From NCBI GenBank assembly GCA_965227405.1, contig OZ245758.1, positions 1,641,693-1,705,692 on the forward strand: 64,000 nucleotides of DNA, given 5' to 3'. Below are positions 49,223 to 57,383 of this stretch, piece after piece. The translations under genes and the position numbers were made by a program. Below the pieces are notes generated by a model. The model saw nothing but the letters and a program-made list of their open reading frames with translations. It was not told the origin of the DNA and made no database searches. Each line of letters starts with the position of its first letter. The first letter of the stretch is position 1. The stretch comes from Polyangiales bacterium. Its GTDB lineage: Bacteria > Myxococcota_A > Polyangia > Polyangiales > Houyiibacteriaceae.

Positions 49223-49936
49223 ATGTCTGCTTCCAACCTTGCACGTCGCTGCTTCGCCGAAGCGATCGGCACGTTCGCACTCGTGTTTGCGGGGTGCGGC
49301 GCCATCATGGTGGATGCACAAACCCAGGCGCTCGGGCATCTCGGTGTTGCCACCGTCTTCGGTGCGGTGATCGCGGTCATGATCTACGCCGTTGGACACA
49401 TTTCGGGTGCCCACTTCAATCCGGCCGTCACCGTCGCCTTCGCCACCATCGGTAAGTTTCCGTGGCGTGAAACGCCGGCCTACATCGCCAGCCAAATCGG
49501 CGCAGCAACGCTTGGCGCACTGGCGCTGCGCGGCATGCTCGGCTTCGTCGCAGACGTGGGCGCCACCACACCAAGTGTTTCCGTCGGCGTTGCCTTCGGA
49601 ATCGAAGTCGTCACCACGTTCTTCTTGATGTTCGTGATCGCAGCTGTGGCCACTGACAAACGCGCCGCGCAAGCGATGTCAGGTGTTGCGATTGGCGGAA
49701 CCGTCTTGCTGGTCGCGTTGTTTGCAGGACCGCTCAGTGGAGGGTCGATGAACCCCGCGCGCAGCCTTGGACCCGCCATGGTAATCGGCCAAACGACGGA
49801 TGTTTGGCTGTACGTGGTCGCCCCCACGATCGGTGCCGTGCTCGGCGCGATGAGCTATCGCTTCGTGTCTGGGCAACCCGTGCATGCGCACGAAACGTCG
49901 AAATCGACGATCACATCGACAACAGCCACGACCTAA
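49223..49936 (+). CDS. aqpZ: aquaporin (MIP family water channel)
   Basis: two NPA boxes HFNPAVT and SMNPARS; six TM helices. Confidence 0.85.
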   Translation: MSASNLARRCFAEAIGTFALVFAGCGAIMVDAQTQALGHLGVATVFGAVIAVMIYAVGHISGAHFNPAVTVAFATIGKFPWRETPAYIASQIGAATLGALALRGMLGFVADVGATTPSVSVGVAFGIEVVTTFFLMFVIAAVATDKRAAQAMSGVAIGGTVLLVALFAGPLSGGSMNPARSLGPAMVIGQTTDVWLYVVAPTIGAVLGAMSYRFVSGQPVHAHETSKSTITSTTATT

Positions 49937-51684
49937 GCCGCGCGAACCAAGCGTCCCGGACGAGCTCCCGTCAGCTTGCCCTGCTTCGCGATTGCGATTC
50001 CGTTGATCAGCGTCGCGATGTAACCCGTCGCACCCTGCATCAAACGCTGACCGCCTGCCGGCAGGTCCGCCTGCATCTCCGGGTGGTTCAACTGCAGCTG
50101 GTCGAAGTCGATGATGTTGATGTCGGCCTTCTGACCCACGGCCAAGAGCCCGCGATCCTTGAGACCCATGTAGCGTGCTGTGTCGTGCGCCTGCATCTGC
50201 ACGATGCGCTCAAGCGGGATCTGATCACCATCACGGTCGCGACCCCAGTGGGTGAGCATGAACGTCGGGAAACTCGCATCACACACAGTTCCGACGTGCG
50301 CGCCACCATCGCTTAGACCCGGCAGCGCCAAGGGATGCGTGAGCATCTTGTGCAGGTTGTTCAGGTTCATCGACGTGTAGTTGTAGAGCGGGAAGTAGAG
50401 CAACGCCTTGCCCTCTTGCTCGAGCAGCGCGTCGTAAATCGCACCCAGCACCGGCTCCTTCTTCTTGAGCGCCTCGTTGTAGAGACACGTGCTGATGTGC
50501 GGCTCGTAGTTGGGCTTCTCGCCCAAGCGGTACAGACGCATTGCCACCATGTCCAAGTTGGCCAACAACTGATCGGCCAAAGGCGGAATGCTGCTGCCGT
50601 CGCCAGCAAGCGGCTCACTCTTTTCCTTGAGCATCTGCGTACGCAGCTCGGGATTGCGCATCGCCTTGACGCGTTCGGCCAAGGGCAAGTGCGAGATCTT
50701 CTTGTAGCTCGGGAATCCCATGAAGGGATGGAAGGTCGCGTTGAGACCCAGCATGATGCCGATGCCTCGCGCGCCCACCTGACAACGAATGTCGAGACCC
50801 TTTTGCTGGGCGGCCTGCGCACGCTCGAAAATCCACTGCCACTGGTTCGGTGACTGGTCGCGCTGCATCGTCGACACCGACATGGGTCGACCACCACTGG
50901 CAGCGATCATGGCTTCGAGCTTGTCGAACTCCGCGTGGAAGTGTTCGTCGCCACGCATCATGTCGAAGTCGCTCACCGCTTGAAGCACGCCGTGACTCAA
51001 CCCCTTGAACGCTTCGGCAATTCCGGCGAGTTCACGCGCACTGGCTTCGGATGCGGGCGTCGCATCGCCTTCCGCCGAACGGTGATTGTCCGTTTGGCCC
51101 GTGGAAAACCCGCACGCGCCCTCTTCCAACGCGGCACGGACCACGCGACGCATCGCCGCAATGTCGTCTTCGGTTGCAACCTCGTCGGCGATCGCGCGCT
51201 CGCCCATCACGTACACGCGCAACGCGTCGTGTGGAACCTGGGCCAAGAAGTCAATCGCGTGTGGCATGTCGTCGATGGCCTGCATGTACTGCGGGAAGGT
51301 CTCCCAGTTCCACGTCAGTCCCTCGGCCAACGCCGTTCCCGGAATGTCCTCCACGCCTTCCATCAACATGATGAGTTTTTCGTGGTCGGTCGGCTTCACC
51401 GGTGCGAACCCCACACCACAACTTCCCATCACACAGGTGGTCACGCCGTGGATCGACGAAGGCGCCATCTCTTCGTCCCACGAGATCTGCCCGTCGTAGT
51501 GCGTGTGAATGTCGGTGAACCCCGGCGTGACGATCGCACCTTGTGCATCGATGGTTTCGTGCGCGCCTTCGTCGCACTTTCCGACCGCAACGATCTTGCC
51601 GTCCTTGATGCCGATGTCGCCGCTGTAGCGCTCGTTGCCACTTCCGTCGACAAGCGTCCCGCCCTTGATCTTCACGTCATACAT
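49933..51684 (-). CDS. N-acyl-D-amino-acid deacylase (D-aminoacylase) family amidohydrolase
   Basis: N-terminus MYDVKIKGGTLVDGSG..; metal site TPGFTDIHTHYD; ~580 aa. Confidence 0.85.
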   Translation of the reverse strand: MYDVKIKGGTLVDGSGNERYSGDIGIKDGKIVAVGKCDEGAHETIDAQGAIVTPGFTDIHTHYDGQISWDEEMAPSSIHGVTTCVMGSCGVGFAPVKPTDHEKLIMLMEGVEDIPGTALAEGLTWNWETFPQYMQAIDDMPHAIDFLAQVPHDALRVYVMGERAIADEVATEDDIAAMRRVVRAALEEGACGFSTGQTDNHRSAEGDATPASEASARELAGIAEAFKGLSHGVLQAVSDFDMMRGDEHFHAEFDKLEAMIAASGGRPMSVSTMQRDQSPNQWQWIFERAQAAQQKGLDIRCQVGARGIGIMLGLNATFHPFMGFPSYKKISHLPLAERVKAMRNPELRTQMLKEKSEPLAGDGSSIPPLADQLLANLDMVAMRLYRLGEKPNYEPHISTCLYNEALKKKEPVLGAIYDALLEQEGKALLYFPLYNYTSMNLNNLHKMLTHPLALPGLSDGGAHVGTVCDASFPTFMLTHWGRDRDGDQIPLERIVQMQAHDTARYMGLKDRGLLAVGQKADINIIDFDQLQLNHPEMQADLPAGGQRLMQGATGYIATLINGIAIAKQGKLTGARPGRLVRAA

Positions 51685-52534
51685 TCGACTGGTTCTCCTT
51701 CTTCACACCAATAGCCAGCACGGCGACATCTTTTTCGCCTTCCCCCTGATCGATCAGCGCGTCCATTCGCGCGCCCAATCCGGGAAGGACTCCGAGCGAC
51801 CGACCCTCGGCCGCATCCACCATTAACCCCAAGTCTTTACGGGCCATTCGCAGAGACCACATCGTGTCCCAATCGGCGCTGGCCATCTTGGGACCCCGTC
51901 GCGAAAGAGCCATGCGCAGGTCGAAGTGCTCGAACAATCCAAGAACTTCCTGGGCCTGCAATCCTTGTTGGTCGGCCAGGGTCATCACGTCGGCGAGCCC
52001 ACCAAGAATCGCCAAGAGCATGCCGTTGCCACTCAACTTGAACGCCGCAGCCCGACCTGGCTCTTCACCCAAGAAGAGCACTTTGCCCGTCATCATTTCG
52101 AGCTCGCTACTCACTTCCCCGAAGAGTCCTTCAGGGCCGGCGACAAGCATGATCCCTGCAGCATCGCGACAAGCTTGCGGCGACATGAACACCGGCACGT
52201 GCAGGTAGCGCACCTTGCCGGCCAAACGCTGTGCGCGTGCACGCGTCTTCACCGGTGAGTTGGTGCTGTGGTCGATCACAATTGCATCGGGCTCCAGCGC
52301 ATCGACGATGCTGTCGATCACTTCGTCGACCGCCGGGTCCGAGGTGAGCGCGATGTGCACCCGGTCCGATCCGCGGACTGCACCGGCCGCGCTCTTGGCC
52401 ACGCGTGCACCGTGTTCGCTCAACGCCTCGGCTTTAGAGAGCGTGCGGTTCCAAACCACCACCTCATCGCCTCGTTTGCAGGCCGCTTCCGCCAACCCTG
52501 CGCCGATCCATCCTGTGCCCAAGAACGTTCTCAT
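51677..52534 (-). CDS. NAD(P)-dependent oxidoreductase, 3-hydroxyisobutyrate dehydrogenase family
   Basis: Rossmann N-terminus MRTFLGTGWIGAGLAEA; HIBADH-like length; overlaps the downstream gene by 8 bp. Confidence 0.8.
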   Translation of the reverse strand: MRTFLGTGWIGAGLAEAACKRGDEVVVWNRTLSKAEALSEHGARVAKSAAGAVRGSDRVHIALTSDPAVDEVIDSIVDALEPDAIVIDHSTNSPVKTRARAQRLAGKVRYLHVPVFMSPQACRDAAGIMLVAGPEGLFGEVSSELEMMTGKVLFLGEEPGRAAAFKLSGNGMLLAILGGLADVMTLADQQGLQAQEVLGLFEHFDLRMALSRRGPKMASADWDTMWSLRMARKDLGLMVDAAEGRSLGVLPGLGARMDALIDQGEGEKDVAVLAIGVKKENQSNV

Positions 52535-52566
52535 TGCTTGACCTCGATGACCCAGTGGTACATCAT

Positions 52567-52597
52567 CTTAACCGGTCGGTCAAACCGCTCGGTTAAG
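52567..52597. promoter_or_regulatory. inverted repeat CTTAACCG-N14-CGGTTAAG, candidate TetR operator
   Basis: lies between TTGACC (52538) and the TetR start at 52602. Confidence 0.5.
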
Positions 52598-52601
52598 AAT
52601 T

Positions 52602-53228
52602 ATGCAAACTGCCAAAACTACTAAGAAAACCAAGAAGGTCCTGATTCTCGAAGCGGCCGAAGCGTTGCTCCACGAAGAGGGCTACGAGGCGTTGAGTGCG
52701 CGAGCTGTCGCGGAACGTGCGGGCGTGAACAAAGCGTTGGTGTTCTATCACTGGGGCAGCACGACTGCGCTCTTTGAAGCCGTGTTGGTGCGCTACTACG
52801 AGCGGCACAAAGCTGCGTTGGAAGACGCGTACGCTCAGCCAGGAACGACGCGTGAACGGATGCATCGTGTCGTGGATGACTTTCTGGATTTCATGGAGAG
52901 CGAACGCGCGTATGCGCGGATCGTGCAGCAGCAGGTGTCGAGTGGAGGCGAGCACGTTCCCTTGGTGCGCGCGCATCTGAGCTCGGTGTTGGATATTACG
53001 ACGCGCATGTTGGAAGGCGTGACACCCGCAAAGGGGCCGCTGAGCGCGCGGCATTTTCATCTCTCGTTGTCCGCGTTGGTGATCAACTACTTCACGTACT
53101 CGCCCATGCTCGTGCCGGAGGGTTCGACGTACGATCCCTTTACCGAGGAAGCGTTGGCGGAGCGTCGCTCACATGTGCATTGGGTCGTCGATACGTGGAT
53201 GGACGCCTTGGAGAAGCAAGGGACTTAG
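52602..53228 (+). CDS. TetR-family transcriptional regulator
   Basis: HTH ..ILEAAEALLHEEGYEALSARAVAERAGVNKALVFYHW. Confidence 0.85.
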   Translation: MQTAKTTKKTKKVLILEAAEALLHEEGYEALSARAVAERAGVNKALVFYHWGSTTALFEAVLVRYYERHKAALEDAYAQPGTTRERMHRVVDDFLDFMESERAYARIVQQQVSSGGEHVPLVRAHLSSVLDITTRMLEGVTPAKGPLSARHFHLSLSALVINYFTYSPMLVPEGSTYDPFTEEALAERRSHVHWVVDTWMDALEKQGT

Positions 53229-53289
53229 GCTGGGCGGGACATTGGGCGCGAAGGTATTGGGGGTGGGGTTCCCTCAGTTTCGTTGACAC

Positions 53290-54162
53290 CTATGCGACGA
53301 ACGCCGCGTGGTTTACTTCGAACTGCTCTGGGGAGACGTACCCAAGCGTCGAGTGACGTCGTTCCCGGTTGTAAAAGACTTCGATGTACTCGAAGAGCGC
53401 ACTCCGGACATCCTGCTCGTCTCGCCAAGTGCGACGCGAGATGAGTTCTTGTTTGAGCGTGCTGAAGAACGACTCCGCGACCGCGTTGTCCCAGCAGTTG
53501 CCTTTGCGACTCATGCTCAGACGTACTCCCGCTTGAGTGGCCGCAAGTTCGAATGCATAGCTTGTGTACTGCCTGCCTCGATCGGAGTGGTGAACGAGCT
53601 CTTCCTCTGGCGCGCGAGAAATCAGCGCCGCATTGAAAGCGCTGAGCACCAGCTCGGTTGTGAGGTCGCTACGCAATGACCAGCCAACGACTTTGCGTGA
53701 GAACAGATCCAGGATCACTGCGAGGTACGACCAGCCTTTTGCGGTCTGAATGTACGTGATGTCGCTGACCCATTTTTCGTTCGGTCGTGACGCCGCAAAG
53801 TCGCGGTCGAGTATGTTTGCTACAACAGGTCGCGTCTCATCGCGTTCTGTGGTGTTTCGAAAACTCTTTCGCTTCCGCGCTTGGATCCCCAGTGTTTTCA
53901 TGGCGTTTTCAACGGTGCGTTTGGAGACTCGTATCCCATGCGTCTCGCGCAACTCCGCCAACACGCGTGGACTGCCGTACGTTTGGTAGCTCGCGAGGAA
54001 GATGAGTTGAACAAGTTCTTCGACGTGTCGTCGACGCGTTTCAGTCCGACTCGGTCCTCGATCTCTCCACGCGTAGTACCCGGCACGCGTGACCTGAAGG
54101 ACGCGACAGAGACGAGCGATTGAGTGGTTTGCCTTCTCTGCGTGAATGAAAGCAAATCTCAT
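53290..54162 (-). CDS. IS3-family transposase OrfB (integrase core, DDE)
   Basis: HSDRGRQYTS motif and rve-type catalytic core. Confidence 0.85.
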   Translation of the reverse strand: MRFAFIHAEKANHSIARLCRVLQVTRAGYYAWRDRGPSRTETRRRHVEELVQLIFLASYQTYGSPRVLAELRETHGIRVSKRTVENAMKTLGIQARKRKSFRNTTERDETRPVVANILDRDFAASRPNEKWVSDITYIQTAKGWSYLAVILDLFSRKVVGWSLRSDLTTELVLSAFNAALISRAPEEELVHHSDRGRQYTSYAFELAATQAGVRLSMSRKGNCWDNAVAESFFSTLKQELISRRTWRDEQDVRSALFEYIEVFYNRERRHSTLGYVSPEQFEVNHAAFVA

Positions 54163-54494
54163 TCGCTTTCGCGCGCAAAGAAGGCCGCGGCTTTTTTTAG
54201 GATGACCTTGTCCTCTTCCGCGGAGTCGAGTTTCCGTTGCAGACGCTTCACCTCACGCCGCAACCGTTGCAACTCCTCCTCGGGCGTCTCCTCTTTCCTC
54301 GTCGCCGTCCGCTTCTTTTTCGGTTTCTTCCGAGCCATCTCATCACGGTACCAGCTGTAGAGCGTGCCTCGATTCACGCCGAGGCGTTCCGCCAGAACAG
54401 CAAACGTGTCGTCGCTTCGCAGGACGAGTTTCACCGCTTCAGCGCGAAACTCAGCCGAGTAGCGACTATTCCTTCTCGATCTTCTTGAGCCCAT
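54159..54494 (-). CDS. IS3-family transposase OrfA (HTH)
   Basis: Myb/HTH N-terminus RRNSRYSAEFRAEAVKLV and leucine zipper; slippery AAAAAAG at minus strand 54199..54192. Confidence 0.85.
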   Translation of the reverse strand: MGSRRSRRNSRYSAEFRAEAVKLVLRSDDTFAVLAERLGVNRGTLYSWYRDEMARKKPKKKRTATRKEETPEEELQRLRREVKRLQRKLDSAEEDKVILKKAAAFFARESE

Positions 54495-54645
54495 GACACC
54501 TCCAAGGCGGTGTCAACGAAAGCGAGGGAGGCCCAGGGGTCTATTCCATTTAATTTTTTCGAAGATTTGAAGAGCGAAGACTCAAGATTTTTCTCGGTTT
54601 CTACCGCCAGCGCGTCGGCGAATACACTCTCCGCAGGAGGTCTCC

Positions 54646-54894
54646 ATGAAGGGTTTTGCTCTCGGATTGTCACTGTCGATCGCGTTTGTTTTAGGGTGCG
54701 TTTCAAGTCCGCTCGTCACACGCGATGCCCGCGCTCAAGAGGACGGCGGGGAAGTCGTGCCAGCACACGTCCCACGTTGGCAGCACTTCTACTACCTCGA
54801 CCAACCGCCGCGGTACGACCTGGACCGTTTGAACGACCTGGGCGGACGCGGCTGGCAGATGGTCGGACCGCGTGATGAGTACGATCGAGTCTGA
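54646..54894 (+). CDS. small lipoprotein, hypothetical
   Basis: MKGFALGLSLSIAFVLGCVSSP lipobox; 82 aa. Confidence 0.45.
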   Translation: MKGFALGLSLSIAFVLGCVSSPLVTRDARAQEDGGEVVPAHVPRWQHFYYLDQPPRYDLDRLNDLGGRGWQMVGPRDEYDRV

Positions 54895-55000
54895 AGCGTC
54901 AACTGTGATCAGATCTGCGAAGCCACAGCACCCTAGAAAAGGAAATCGGTCTCCTCTTTGCACTCTTGGAATCTTCTGATCTTCCAAAAAATAAAATAGG

Positions 55001-55031
55001 TATCCCCGTATCCCCGTATGCCCGTATCCCG
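55001..55031. repeat. octanucleotide tandem repeat (TATCCCCG)x4
   Basis: tatccccgtatccccgtatgcccgtatcccg in a convergent intergenic region next to an A/T-rich run. Confidence 0.85.
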
Positions 55032-55055
55032 ACCGCAACCAACCAAACCCACCGA

Positions 55056-56153
55056 TCACTCAGGCGTCGGCAGTTCCTCCAACGAGCTGATGTACGCCCA
55101 CAATGCTTCCAGTTCCACGTCGGTCATTCGCTCTGCGTACGGCTTCATCAGCGTCATCGGCTCACGCACATCGGAGCCATCCGGTCGCTTCATCTCGCGC
55201 ATCGAACGCACAAAGTCTTCGTAGCTCCACTCGTTCAACGCAGTCAGGTTTGCCGCTGGGAGCCAATCCGGATCGCCACCCAAGATTGGACCTCCCTGAA
55301 GCTGCTCTCGATGACAACCCACGCACGGTCCCGCGAGGTGCTCGCCGAATTCCAACGTCGGCGCGGCTTCTGGAGGCGTCGACGGATACGTTTGCTCGTG
55401 GTCGATCTCATCCGCAGCTAACGGGATCTCCCCAAACGCGAGCAACACGGTTCCGAGCGGACCCATCTGCACCGCTGGCGTGTCATCTGAATCAACGGGA
55501 TCCAACGAACGCACGTACGCGATGATGTCGGAGAGTTCGCGGTCGCTCATGCGCTGATGATCTTGAGCAGGCATGACGGAGGGACGTCCGTCAGACATGA
55601 CTCCGTGTCGAACGATGCGATCCCAATCCGCGACGGAGTAGCTTTCATCGAGCCCGCCGTTGCCTGAAGTCAGGTTGGGTCCGAGGAACGTACCGAGCGC
55701 AGGGTCGTCCACCATGACGCCACCACCGAAGTTCGCGCCGTGACATTCGGTGCAGCCATATCGTGCTTCGACGAGGTGCTGTCCGCGTTCGATGGCGCGT
55801 TCCAAAGCGAGTGCGTCAAGATCGACCCCTTCGAGAGGATCGACTTCAACAACATCGGCGGCATCGGCATCGACATCCGCATCGGGATCGGCATCCGCAT
55901 CGGCATCCGCATCGTCGTCGGTTTCGGATTCAGAGGAAGCAAGTTGCGCAGACCGCTCCTCGCGCAGCTGATCAAGCTCCGCCTCGCTCAACGGAAACGG
56001 AACCGGAACATCCACCACGCTCACGTCGAACGAGCGGTTGACCAACGAATCCGCTTTGACCGAAGCCCATGCGTAAAGGACGCCAACTCCGACGAGCAGG
56101 ACTCCCAGAAAGACAGCAAGCCCCTTAAAGAACTTCTTCACCCCACCTCCCAA
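55056..56153 (-). CDS. membrane-anchored diheme c-type cytochrome
   Basis: two CxxCH motifs (CTECH, CVGCH); N-terminal TM; (DA)n low-complexity linker. Confidence 0.75.
   Translation of the reverse strand: MGGGVKKFFKGLAVFLGVLLVGVGVLYAWASVKADSLVNRSFDVSVVDVPVPFPLSEAELDQLREERSAQLASSESETDDDADADADADPDADVDADAADVVEVDPLEGVDLDALALERAIERGQHLVEARYGCTECHGANFGGGVMVDDPALGTFLGPNLTSGNGGLDESYSVADWDRIVRHGVMSDGRPSVMPAQDHQRMSDRELSDIIAYVRSLDPVDSDDTPAVQMGPLGTVLLAFGEIPLAADEIDHEQTYPSTPPEAAPTLEFGEHLAGPCVGCHREQLQGGPILGGDPDWLPAANLTALNEWSYEDFVRSMREMKRPDGSDVREPMTLMKPYAERMTDVELEALWAYISSLEELPTPE
55852..55917. repeat. hexanucleotide tandem repeat (GCATCG/GCATCC)n coding (DA)n
   Basis: catcggcggcatcggcatcgacatccgcatcgggatcggcatccgcatcggcatccgcatcg. 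Confidence 0.85.
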
Positions 56154-56278
56154 GCCGGATTGTATACGGTCATCACAACGAACTGGAGAACGACATCGAC
56201 TCGGTCGTCACGTCATTTGTCACAGCAGGATACGGTTCGATTCGAATCGAGATCTCACTCGACTCGAGACGCATCCAC

Positions 56279-56563
56279 GTGCGGCGTTGGGGTCACAAAC
56301 TCGACGAAGAAGCTGAGTACACGTTGCCGAAAGCAAAAGTCGCGAGGCTCCGGCGACTCGCCTCACGAGTCCAACAAGACGAACAAGAATCCGTCGTCGG
56401 GTCGTTTCACGAAACCGGTCGTGAAACCTTGGACATCTCCATCAACGGTCAGTGGATACGACTCGAGCATCCCACCGACCGCCTGACAACGCCCGCAGCA
56501 AGTGCAGTGACCACCTACTGTCACCAACTCGCCGACGAGTACTGCCCGCGAAAAGCAACATGA
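56279..56563 (+). CDS. hypothetical small protein (uncertain)
   Basis: 94-aa ORF with protein-like composition in a 540-bp divergent intergenic region. Confidence 0.25.
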   Translation: MRRWGHKLDEEAEYTLPKAKVARLRRLASRVQQDEQESVVGSFHETGRETLDISINGQWIRLEHPTDRLTTPAASAVTTYCHQLADEYCPRKAT

Positions 56564-56690
56564 GGTTTGGGTCACTCGGCGGCTGAGGCTCCGTCGCCTC
56601 AGGCTGGCCGCACTCAACCCGAATTCGCCTTGATTTCCGGGACTTGGATCGCGCAATCGGGGCGGCACGATGCTTGTAATAGGGAGCTGC

Positions 56691-57383
56691 ATGAACTTGC
56701 TCTCTCGTTGGTTGATGCTCGCTTCAATCCTCGCATTGGTCGGTTGCGGTGACGACGATGGTCCCGCCGATCCAGTCGACGGAGGCAACGGTGACGCTCC
56801 CGTTTTCATGCCTCCCGACACGGGGCTCATGCTTCGCGATTCGGGCAACGTCGACAGCTCGGTCTCCGAGTGCATGCGACCTCGGCTCGACCCACCGCCG
56901 GCTGAAAGTCTTCCACTGTGTAGCGCCGAAACGCGTGACTGCGTACAGCGTTGTCCCGAAGACGAAGAGGACTGCGCCGATGAGTGCTGGGCTGCGGATG
57001 AAACTCCGGCGGACCCGGACATCGGAGGATGCGGCGAGTGCGTGATCTTCGACCTGCTCGCGTGCTTCGACGCAAACGGATGTCAGCAACAAGTCGCCGA
57101 GATCTTCTGTTGCGGTGAACGCGAGTGCCCACCGGGCAGCGCCGAAGACTGCTTTGATGTGATGTGCCAACCGGAGCTGCAAACGTTGTTCTCGTGTGGC
57201 GTGTCGATGGCACCCACCTGTTTGGATGAACTCAACGGCACGGGCGCTTGCTACGACGACACACCGCTGACTGATGCCGGTCCGATGGACGACGCAGGTC
57301 CCATGGATGACGCGGGTCCCGGCGACGCGGGCGACATGGATGCAGGCGTTGCGGACGCCGGTACCGACGCAGGAGAAGTTTGA
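56691..57383 (+). CDS. Cys-rich secreted lipoprotein, hypothetical
   Basis: lipobox MNLLSRWLMLASILALVGCGDD; about 20 Cys; C-terminal DAGPMDDAGPMDDAGP repeat; ATGA overlap with the next gene. Confidence 0.6.
   Translation: MNLLSRWLMLASILALVGCGDDDGPADPVDGGNGDAPVFMPPDTGLMLRDSGNVDSSVSECMRPRLDPPPAESLPLCSAETRDCVQRCPEDEEDCADECWAADETPADPDIGGCGECVIFDLLACFDANGCQQQVAEIFCCGERECPPGSAEDCFDVMCQPELQTLFSCGVSMAPTCLDELNGTGACYDDTPLTDAGPMDDAGPMDDAGPGDAGDMDAGVADAGTDAGEV

Larger units (their letters stand above)
53270..54529 (-). mobile_element. IS3-family insertion sequence (~1.26 kb)
   Basis: ~20-bp terminal inverted repeats CCCTCAGTTTCGTTGACACC (53271-53290) / GGTGTCAACGAAAGCGAGGG (54509-54528); orfA and orfB with an A6G slippery site; GC clearly below the surroundings. 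Confidence 0.8.
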
